Below are positions 22,047-32,350 of a stretch of DNA of 64,000 bases, in pieces. The first letter of the stretch is position 1, and every line of letters begins with the position of its first letter. The notes under the pieces were generated by a model. That model did no database searches. It was not told the DNA's origin and saw nothing but the letters and a program-made list of their open reading frames with translations. The translations under genes were made by a program, and so were the position numbers. This DNA comes from Selaginella moellendorffii (Eukaryota > Plantae > Lycopodiophyta), in NCBI RefSeq assembly GCF_000143415.4, contig NW_003314286.1:1735718-1799717 (forward strand). The letters run 5' to 3'.

Positions 22047-25000
22047 TTAATTGAACTTTGCATAAGTACATAGAGTTCTGCCATGCAGAAATTCCTCCAC
22101 TAGATCTCGCGCGTTTGCTAGGTTCTCCTCTGGTTCCCATGTTGCTTCGCAGTGTGGAAAACCTTTCCACTTCACATGGAACTCTCTCACCTCGTGTCCT
22201 TGTCGCTTGCTCTTGCGCGCATTGAGGATGGCCTCGACTTCGTATTCCTCTTCCCCTTGGATAACCTCAGGTAAAGGTCTCACTTGGTCCTTGCGAAGCG
22301 GATCCTCAAAGTACAGCTTGAGTAAGTTCACGTGGAACACTGGGTGCATCTTCCCCATCTCTCGAGGAAGTCGGAGTTGGTAAGCCACTTTACCGATTCG
22401 TGCCTCAATCTCGTAAGGCCCCGCGAACTTGCTTAAGGAACTCAAGATCAATTCATTTACAGGAATACATGCATCTTTACCTTTGGGTCAACTTTTGGCT
22501 GATCCCACTTGGTAGTCTGAGGTTCTTGGTGTTCAGCCACACCTTCTCCCCAGCTTGGAACTCTACATCCCGACGCTTCTAGTTCGCGTATTTGGTTCGC
22601 CTTTGTTGAGCCCGTTCCAAGGAATCCCTCACTAAATTCCAAATGCTGAGTCTTTCCGCCGTGAATGCCTCCACTACAGGCAACTCTCCATGATACTCGG
22701 CCACGCCGAGTTCCACAGGACCTTCAATAGCTCGCCCATTGATGACTTCCCATGGACTCACCCCGATACTCGAATGTGGTGAGTTGTTGTAACACATTTC
22801 CGCAAGTCCCAAATGACTTACCCAATCGATCTGGTCTCCCGAGACATAGCATCGCAAATAATCCTCTAGCTGCCTATTCACCCTTTCCGTTTGTCCGTCT
22901 GTCAAGAAGTGTTAGTGCCAACAACTTGACTTAATACCCCATACCTGTCTGTGGGTGATAGGCTGTGCTGAATTTCAACTTGGTGCGATACTGTTCCAGG
23001 AGAGTCCTCCAGAACCTACTGGTGAAGATCTTATCTCGATCTGAGATGATCTCTTCCGGTCTTCCCCGCACTCGAACCACTTGTTTGAAGAATAGCTTTG
23101 CCACACCTTCCGCATCCACCTCCATTGTGGTGGGTATGAAATGTGCCATTTTCGAAAATCGGTCCACCACCACGAATATCGCATCAAACCCCTCGCTTGG
23201 GGGGAGTCCCGTGATGAAGTCCATCGTAAGACATTTCCACGGACGATCTGGAATTGGGATACTTTGCAGCAAGCCCCCACTAGCCTTAGTCACGGCTTTT
23301 ACCTGCTGACATGTTGGACATGTCTTTACATAGTCTTGGACATCCTTAGCCATATCTGGCCAATGATACTTCCTCTTGAGTAAGCCCATCGTCTTGGGCA
23401 CTCCACCGTGTCCCGCAAGAGGTTCGTCATGACACTCTTCTAAGGCCACCTTCCTTAGTTCCCCTTCTGGAACATACACCCTCGTTTGCTTGTAATAGAT
23501 GAGTCCGTTGCGTTCCGCATAGCCCGTTTTCTCTTCCGTTGGCAGCTTACCTCTCTGGTGAGCATCCCATGCCTCTAGATTCCTCAGCAACACTTTTTGT
23601 GCTAGACCATCGTTCTCATATGCTGTCCGCACATCATCCCAGAAGGTTGCTGTTGCGCTGGATATTGCCAACCTCAAGCTCGCTTTTCGACTTAGCGCAT
23701 CCGCCACGATGTTGCTCTCCCCAGGCTTGTATTGAATCTCGCAATCAAACTCGGCCAAGGCATTGGCCCACCGACCTTGTTTCCCTCTCAGGTCGGGCTG
23801 TAACAAGAAGTGTTTCGTTACCATATTGTCCGTGTAAACCTTGAAGTGCCTCCCAAGGTAGTGTCGCCACTCCTTGAGCGCCTTGACCACTGCAAACAAT
23901 TCCTTCTCATGGGCAGGCCACTTCCGTTGAGCCTTGTCCAACTTCTTCGAGAAGAACGCTACCGGATGGTTGTCTTGCTTCAAAATTGCGCCCAACGCAA
24001 AGTCCGAAGCATCCGTTTCTACCTCAAAGTCCTTACCAAAGTTTGGTAATGCCAATACGGGAGCCTTCCTCAACTTCCCTTTGAGGTGGACGAATGCCGC
24101 CTCGCATTCCGCTGTCCATACCATCTTCCCTTTTCCTGTTTGGTCCGTTAAGGGCAGGGCTACTCTCGAATAGTGTCTGATAAACTTTCGATAGTAGTTG
24201 TATAGCCCCAGGAATGCCCTCAACTCGTGTACATTCGATGGTCGCTCCCATTCCTGGATCGCTTGGACCTTCTCTGGGTCCACCTTGAGCCCGTCCTGGC
24301 CCACCACATGCCCGAGAAACTTTACCTCTTGTTGAGCAAAGTCACATTTGCTCTCTTTAGCATATAGTTTGTGTTCCCTTAGTTTCTCAAACACCTTCGC
24401 CAAGTGTTTGGCATGCTCCTCTAGCGTCTCGCTATAGATCAGGATGTCATCGATATAGACGACCACGAAGTGATCCAGATAGGGTACAAAGATGTGGTTC
24501 ATTAGTGCCGAAAACGTTGCCGGCGCATTACATAGCCCGAAGGGCATCACCAGAAACTCAAAGCTCCCATACCTCGTTGGACAGGTTGTCTTCTCAACAT
24601 CTTCCTCGGCTACCCTGATCTAAGTATTTTGCCTTTCCCAACCTATCGAATAGGTCCTCAATCCTGGGCAAAGGGTACTTGTTCTTCTTTGTATACTTGT
24701 TGAGCAACCGGTAGTCTATGCACATGTGCATAGATCCAACTTTCTTTTTCACAAATAACATCGGCGCCCCATATGGCGACTTGCTCAACCTAACATACCC
24801 TTTGTCCACCAACTCCTCTAGTTGGCACTTGAGCTCCTTGAGTTCTTTTTCGTTCAAACGATAAGGGGGATGCACCACCGCCTCAGCACCCTCGACAAGC
24901 TCAATCCTATGTTCTATCAGTCGTGCTGGGGGCAGCCCCGCCGGTAGCTCCTCTGGCATGGTATCCTGGAATTGGTCCAACACCCGCTGGATCACTAAAG

Positions 25001-25538
25001 GTACTTCTTCCATTCCTGTCTTTTTGTCACTCTTCACCGAGAGTAAGCACAAAAAGGCCGCCTTAGTTCCTTTAGTGAGTTGTCCTCTCGTGGACACTAG
25101 GTTTAAGCAGGAATCTTTGGCCTTGCTTTGCCTTACCTTTAGATCTTGGGCCTCCACCCTAGATCTTCTTCCTTGGGCATTCGCCAGTACCACAAGGTTT
25201 CTAGCTTGTCCATGTAGGGCTACCACGAATCGATTGAACCAGTCCATTCCGAAGATCACGTCAAATCCCGCCATGTCCAACACAGTGAAATCCATATCCA
25301 CCTTCCATGTCCCCACTTCGACTCTCGCTTGTCGAAGTACCTCATCGGTGCTTTGGCTGCCTTGAACAAACTCTATAGTCCTTGGTTCGCCTAGCCGCTG
25401 CACCGTTAGTCCGGCTTGCCGGACTATGTCTGCAGCTACAAAATTATCCGAAGCACCCGTGTCAATAAGGATCTTAACAAAGCTACCTCCGAGCTTCCCT
25501 CGGAGGGCTAGTAGATGTCGCGAACGACTCTCTACCAA
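22047..25538 (-). pseudogene. pol: Pol of element A (PR-RT-RNaseH-INT-chromodomain) with putative introns; this copy is disabled
   Basis: Motifs: [31 protein letters not shown] zinc finger HDEPLAGH..CPTCQ, MDFIT, GPY module, chromodomain YEVEAIL..VKWKGF..TWEPEENL. Lesions: ~32-bp deletion at ~24621 removing SKIDLxxGYY (judged against the copy at ~15865), and an in-frame TAG at 22581-22579. Putative introns at 22944-22899 and 22480-22432. Confidence 0.9.
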
Positions 25539-26782
25539 AGTTGCTCATGTAATGAGTAACTTTGAGTTAGGGACTGGATCACCTCAGTTTGGACTTCACC
25601 CGACTTGATGGCCATATTGGCTCTGGCCTTCTTTGGGTAGGGACATTCCCTCGAGAAGTGTTCCGCCTCACCGCAGTTGTAGCATACGTTGTTTCCCACG
25701 CTGCTATACGACTTGACCTTCTTATCCGTGGGTTTGTCTCTTTTTGCTTGACTCCCCCACGTACTCGCTCGCTGGCCACCGGATCTGCCTTTCCGGAACC
25801 CCGAGGACTCATTCTTAGAGAAACTCTTCTTGAATTTCCCTCTGCTAAACGTTCCCCTTGGTTTGGCCCCTTTGCTAAACGTGGATCCCGACCCCATTGT
25901 GTTCCCCTTTCGCAGGTTATCGTTGAAATACACCTTAATGGCCGTATCCAACGCTTCCTTGTAGTTGGTCGGGTTCCACCGCATCACTTCGCCACGAGCC
26001 CAGGTTTGCATACCTGATATGAAGGCATGGAACGCATCCATATCCCCCATGTCCGTGACAAGTATCCTCTTTGCCATAAACCCATTCACATACTTCTGAA
26101 TGGTTCCGTTCTGCTTCAGCCTACTCAGCTCGTCCCTTAGATGCAGAGTAGCATTCGGAGGAACGTAAGTTGCGCGGATCCTCGCCTTCATCATTTCCCA
26201 AGTGGCCACCGGTCCTTCGTTGGCCTCTGTCGTCCTCCACCAAGACTTGGCATTATTTGCCAAGTATGGTTTTGCACATGGGACCTTCTCCGAGCTTGGT
26301 AATCGCAACGCTCGGAAGTAGTCCTCCATATCATAAAACCAATCCTCCACCACCTTATAGTCGTTCACTCCCTTGAAGACCGGTGGGGGCTTTGGTTTGT
26401 ACTTGGGAACTGCCTGAGGGACTGATTCCACTTCGGTTTGCTCAACCTTGTCTGGTTTTGCCTCAGTCCCTGCCGAAGGGTCCGCACCTTCTGTGCTGCC
26501 AGCATCCGCAGTCTTTCGCTTTTTCTTCCGCTTCTCATCACGCTTTAGCTTGCGTATGAGAGTCTCTAGCAGGGCATTGGTCTGTGCCAATTGTCCTTCT
26601 AGAACGTCCAATCGAGCCTTGGACGACCGAACCTCACCACCAGACTCCTGTTTGGAAGTTGCCTCACTAGAGTCCTCCTCATGCAAGGATTCCTCATCCA
26701 TAGCCTCTTGTTTGACCGGAGGCTCCAGCTCTGGAGGAGGTTCCGTCTCTGCCTGGGTTTGCTTACGTCCTGCCCTTGCCAT
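25532..26782 (-). CDS. gag: Gag of element A
   Basis: Intact 416-aa ORF with capsid-like motifs (W+.D+[18 protein letters not shown]) and a zinc knuckle [15 protein letters not shown]. Confidence 0.9.
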   Translation of the reverse strand: MARAGRKQTQAETEPPPELEPPVKQEAMDEESLHEEDSSEATSKQESGGEVRSSKARLDVLEGQLAQTNALLETLIRKLKRDEKRKKKRKTADAGSTEGADPSAGTEAKPDKVEQTEVESVPQAVPKYKPKPPPVFKGVNDYKVVEDWFYDMEDYFRALRLPSSEKVPCAKPYLANNAKSWWRTTEANEGPVATWEMMKARIRATYVPPNATLHLRDELSRLKQNGTIQKYVNGFMAKRILVTDMGDMDAFHAFISGMQTWARGEVMRWNPTNYKEALDTAIKVYFNDNLRKGNTMGSGSTFSKGAKPRGTFSRGKFKKSFSKNESSGFRKGRSGGQRASTWGSQAKRDKPTDKKVKSYSSVGNNVCYNCGEAEHFSRECPYPKKARANMAIKSGEVQTEVIQSLTQSYSLHEQLW

Positions 26783-27018
26783 CTCCTAGCAATTCACCTC
26801 TATCCTTCGCTAGAACTGAGGAAGAGGCTCCGATACCAAATTGTAAGGCACAAATTTTTCCTTTCCAATTTGCCAGCTTACCTCGTCTATCCGACCAACT
26901 CTGCCTTGGCTTGTGCTAAGTTCCCTCGCCAAGGTTCTCGCCTATGGTACCAGCTCCTACTTGGTCCTACTTGGTTTCAGCTACTCACTTCACGAGCAAC
27001 GGAGTGTAGCCATCCATC

Positions 27019-27492
27019 NNNNNNNNNNNNNNNNNNNNNNNNNNNNNNNNNNNNNNNNNNNNNNNNNNNNNNNNNNNNNNNNNNNNNNNNNNNNNNNNNN
27101 NNNNNNNNNNNNNNNNNNNNNNNNNNNNNNNNNNNNNNNNNNNNNNNNNNNNNNNNNNNNNNNNNNNNNNNNNNNNNNNNNNNNNNNNNNNNNNNNNNNN
27201 NNNNNNNNNNNNNNNNNNNNNNNNNNNNNNNNNNNNNNNNNNNNNNNNNNNNNNNNNNNNNNNNNNNNNNNNNNNNNNNNNNNNNNNNNNNNNNNNNNNN
27301 NNNNNNNNNNNNNNNNNNNNNNNNNNNNNNNNNNNNNNNNNNNNNNNNNNNNNNNNNNNNNNNNNNNNNNNNNNNNNNNNNNNNNNNNNNNNNNNNNNNN
27401 NNNNNNNNNNNNNNNNNNNNNNNNNNNNNNNNNNNNNNNNNNNNNNNNNNNNNNNNNNNNNNNNNNNNNNNNNNNNNNNNNNNNNNNNNNNN
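27019..27492. other. Assembly gap (N run) inside the 5' LTR of A
   Basis: N run. The following ~370 bp is a homopolymer-inflated, low-quality version of 20886-21250. Confidence 0.99.
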
Positions 27493-30400
27493 AAAGGCCC
27501 GGTAGGGGAGCCTTTCCCCCCCCCCCTTTTTATTCGGAAGGGAAAGCCCCCACCCCTGGGGAGGGGGGGGGCCAATGGGCCCAAAGGGGCTCCAGGGGGG
27601 CCCCCCCCCCCCAAACCCGGGGGCCCCCCCGTTGGTTTTCCTTTGGGGGGGGGGGAATGCTTTTTGGCCCCTTCCCGGGGGGGCCCCCCCGGGCCCCTTT
27701 AAAGCCCGGTTTTCTCCCCCCCAAGGCCCCTTGGGCCCCATTTCAACCCAAAAATAGTTTGGAAACCCCCGGGGGGGGTTTCCTCAAAAGGGGTTCCCGG
27801 GCCCCAAAAACCCCTATAAATTTTGGGGACCCCCGGAAACCCCCCCCCCCCCCCCCCCCCCCCTAGGAGACGCACGCTTTGGGCTTTCACCCCTTGACCC
27901 GTATTAGTATTTGGACTTAGTCTCTGGCTCGATCTCGGACCCGATTTCAGATCCGACTTCGGATTCGGTCTCGAACTCGATCTCGGACTCGATCTCGGAC
28001 CCGATCTCGAACCTGACCTCAGACTCGACCTCAGACTCGGTCTCGGACCCGATTTCGGATCTTGGACTCCGTCTCGAACTCGGACTCGAACTCGGTCCCC
28101 GAGTCGGTCTCGGACTCGATTCCGGACTCTATCTCGAACTCGGTCCTAGAGTCGGTCTCGGACTCGATTCCGGACTCTATCTCGAACTCGGTCCTAGAGT
28201 CGGTCTTGGACTCAATCCTCGACTTGGTCCCATCCGATGAACTCTTTGTCATTTCGGTCAAGCTTTTGGGGATCCTTTAGCCTACGACATCTCGGGGAGT
28301 CGGTTCCTTACACATTGCACATATTGTGCAAGTCCACTTCCCTATCCTAGGAAGTTCTCTACTTGAGAGCACCATCATCCTCTTTCCTATTTCGTGCCAC
28401 CCTTGGCACTACGTTCCAATTATCATCATTTGTGCCAGGGCTGTCCACGGCCCTATCTTTTGGCTACTTTGCCGCTCCTCACTTGGAGCTTTTACTTCGC
28501 CAAATTGAAGCACTTGGGAATCTATCCTTGGAAGTCCACTTCCTTTCCTGCAATCCGTTAGCATCAAACACATTTGTGTTCTTTGGCTAGCTTTGCCATT
28601 TGGATTCCTCCCATTAAATTTCATCGCCCAAACTTGGCCACTAATCTTTTGCTCCTATCCATTGATTGTTGCATCACGCAACACAGGATCACTACCTCCC
28701 TCCTTGAGGTATTCTTTTGGTTCCATGGCAAAGCTCCACTTTGCCAAGTCCAGAGGGTGCTCACCCCTAGTAGATCTCTTTAGCATTTTCTACTATGGGC
28801 CCCTTCCACGGCCCAACTTTGTGACCCTCCCATAGGTCTTTCCTAGAGATTACTTTGAACTCACAATACCATTGTATGGTCGTAGTTCATTTCCTTAAGT
28901 GTCCTTTCCACTTAGTCACCTTGACCAAGCCACACTAACATCAATAGTTCAAATCAACGCTTTGAACTAGGAACCATATTCCTTAACCCAGACAAATACC
29001 TTGTCCTTGTTTAGCCACAAGATCACCTAGTGATCTCATCTTGACCCCTTAATAGGTCTATCAATAGGAACTAGGTCTTCTAGACCTTTCTAAGTTGTTG
29101 ACTATGACCCCGAGGGCATCCCCCTCACTTGGCAGTGCACCCAAGCTAGCCCTTCCGGCCAAGGATCCATAGCAACTAAGACTAGGTGTCCCCATCTCAT
29201 CCACCACGTCCTTGGTGCCCTTTGCACCAAAGTGTTCAAGTTAGATATGCCGAGCTTTCACATTAAGCAATCTAACCGTGCATCACGACTCCGGGGCATC
29301 CCCCGCTTGGCGGCGTACCCAAGCCAATCTCCTTATTGAGAGTCCATGACCACCGAAATATGAGTGTCCTCATATTCCAAACTATCACCATGCCCTAGTG
29401 ATTTGGGACTCGAACCCAAGCACTAAAGGGTCGGGACTCGAACCCAACCTCCATATATGCATCTACGGACAGCATCCCCCAAGATGCCTGGCGTGACTCT
29501 CCACGCCGGTGCACCAACTTTTACTCAAAGCGCGCTATAGATCACAGCTTAGGAACCTAGTTCTTCCATACTGCCAAGTCCTCTCATTTGACAAGTCTGT
29601 GATCATGCATGGACTCCTCCATGCTTGGCCCCATGGCCCACCCCTTTTGAAGTTATCACTTTCAACTAGGGTATTTGTTCCCCTGACTTGCCAATCTCAC
29701 TTGGCAAGTCTTCCGACCACTGGAACATGGTTCCTACACAAGCATGAAAGCCCTTGATCATCAACTTTCGTTCAAAGCCCTCTCTTTGAACACTCAGGAA
29801 CTATTTCCCTAACCTTGATAGCCTTGCCTCATGGCAAGCTTCAAGACCACACTTCTGCTGTGCCACTCTGATTTCACGCTTTCCTTGAACCATTTATGCT
29901 TGGCCTTTCTAGGTACTAAGCTACCTAGAATCGTCTTTGGGAATCTTGAAGGAACTCTGTCCTTTAGCTTGCTAAGGCTTCCCTTTTCGCAAGCTTTCTA
30001 GTTGCCATATAGTCTAATATGGACTATTCCATATTTTAGACTCTTCATGGCATTGTGGTTGTTAGCAATAACACCCTCGAGCCCCCACTTGATTCTCCAC
30101 TCCCAACTGGCATAACTACCCTTGGTTATGCCCTTCGATTCCTATGGTTTAATTCTATCCCCTTACTACTTGCTTTTGGCTTCACATCTTTCCTTCGGTC
30201 ATTCTCCTCCCGACTAGGAGGATAGCTTTGCACTTTCTATCATGCCTTAGCAAGTATTCTTAGGGACGAACCTACCCGATAGCCTAGTGAGTGGTTCCTC
30301 AATCCAGGTATGCTCACCCTATAATCCCACACACCGGGATTACGTTGTTGCTTATGGGCCCTTACATGCCCATCACTAGCCATGCCAAAATTCCATTTTT

Positions 30401-30657
30401 GGTTTTGTCCAATTCGAGTAGACAGTCTTCTTTTGTCTCCACCACCTTGGACATTTGGATAGCACCTTCTATCCATCATTCGCTAGAGACTTAGTCCCTT
30501 GGGCCTCATCTATTGCCCTCGCGACATCAAACACCACCTCCTGGTGTTCTAGAGTGTTCGGGTGTCCCAATGACGGCTTTCTTGACAATGAGTATTTCCT
30601 TTTATGACATTGACTTACTATATCGCAACATAAGCAACTTATCCCCCATAAGGGTAT

Positions 30658-32350
30658 TGTAAGCGACTAATTTTTCCATTCTGCTTTAGTCACTTAACCA
30701 CACCTTCGACCACTTGAAGGAGTCTCACTCACAACCTCCTTAAGTCCAATTCAGGACTTGGGACTTGCTAGCCCCGAGAATGGCATCCATGCCACTCATC
30801 CCTTGCACTTAGTCCAAGTGCTCCACGTGTCCAGTCCCATGACCGACACCCCAAGGTACCACCGACATACTAGCCCGTTATGCTAAGGCCATGCCCCTTT
30901 ACCTTGGTCATACCGGTGGTCTAACACCACCTGCATCACAATCCTGTCTCTCAAGGACTGGACCATCCGTCCATGAGTGATCATTCCAGATCCACTCCTT
31001 AGCATCCTTAGGATGCCCGCAAACATGGGGAATAGCCTTCCCCAATATCCCTTCTCTGGTCCCCACCAAGTCCCTTTCTGCCCCTGGCCGTGTTCACCAA
31101 CACTACCATTGGATCGAGGCCCACAGGCCCGACCACTAAGTCCCACGGTCCTCTGGGACTTCCTCACCACACGACTGTGTCCTTGGTCACTACCCCAGAG
31201 GGCTGCTCCTCTTCCTTTCCACAGTCTGGGCCTTTGGGACAACATTTCGGAACACCGTGGCCCTACGCGAGCCACCTGGGTACTCTCCCCACCTATCGCC
31301 TTTAGGTGCTCTAGCCATGGGCTTAGAGCGAGGTTCCGTTGAGCCACGCCTGGTATCCAAGTAGGTAGTGCCACCCACACTTGGACTGGGAGCATCGGCC
31401 AGTCGATCTCCCGGGGGAACTAAAGCCGGCTCTTGAACACTTCACCAAGCTACCCCGCTTGTCGGTCCGAGTTCACTCTAGTCTTGGACTTCCCAATGGT
31501 CAGTTCATCACCCAACACTGGGTCTGGCCTTCCTGGGCCAAACTGGCCTTTCCTGGCCAAACTGGCTCCACTGCAGTCCTCCCCCTTACTATACTTTTGG
31601 AGCTCACCAAACCCCCTAGGGTCTGGGAGACGAACGCTTTGGGCTTTCACCCTCTCAGAGTCGAACTCGAACTCGGACTCGGACTCGGACTCGGGCTCGA
31701 GCTCGGTCTCAGCCTTGGCCTCAGTCTCGGTCTCGGTCCCGGTCCCGGTCTCGGTCCCGGTCTCGATCTCGACCTCGGACTCCATCTCGGGTCCTTCTCA
31801 GACTCCATCTCGGACTCCATCTCGGACTCCGTCTCGGTCCATCTCGGACTCCATCTCGGGTCCATCTCGGACTCCGTCTCGGTCCACCTCTGACTCCATC
31901 TCGGACTCCATCTTGGACTCCATCTCGGGTCCATCTCGGACTCCATCTCAGACTCCACTTCGGGTCCATCTCGGACTCCATATCGGACTCCATCTTGGAC
32001 TCCGTCTCGGTCCATCTCGGACTCCATCTCGGACTCCATCTCGGGTCCATCTCGGACTCCATCTCGGACTCCACTTCGGGTCCATCTTAGACTCCATATC
32101 GAACTCCATCTCAGACACTTCCACGTGTCATGTGTTGGTCCTTTTTGGGTCCCTTTTTGGAGCCTTGCTTATTGCTCACTTCGTGCTCACTCCTTGAGCA
32201 CTTTGTTGGGAGTTCCACTCCCGCTCTCGACCTTCCAAGTCAGAGCTTTTAGTCCAAACGTGTTACACTTGTTTGGGCTTTCACTTCGGCCACTACCATA
32301 TGGCACCCTTTCCGACTCCACTTTGGGGCCTAGGGATTTTGTGTCTCACA
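30658..32350 (-). mobile_element. Solo LTR of family B inserted in element B
   Basis: tgtaagcgac..gtgtctcaca flanked by TSD GGTAT (30653-57 and 32351-55), with no PBS or PPT. Confidence 0.92.

Larger units (their letters stand above)
20491..28312 (-). mobile_element. Element A: full-length Ty3/gypsy chromovirus (Galadriel-like), nested in B
   Basis: LTRs 26842-28312 (contains the N-gap) and 20491-21644, termini TGTAAGG..CCTTACA. TSD CATTG at 20486-90 and 28313-17. PBS TGGTATCGGAGC at 26838-26827, PPT ATGGGTGGTGGAGT. Domain order is gag-PR-RT-RH-INT-chromodomain. Confidence 0.95.

Noticed and set aside
26681-27890. Long ORFs and G/C-run sequence around the gap (possible G-quadruplex or Pro/Gly protein)
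   Set aside because: The ORFs run through Ns, and the flank is a low-quality read of LTR A.
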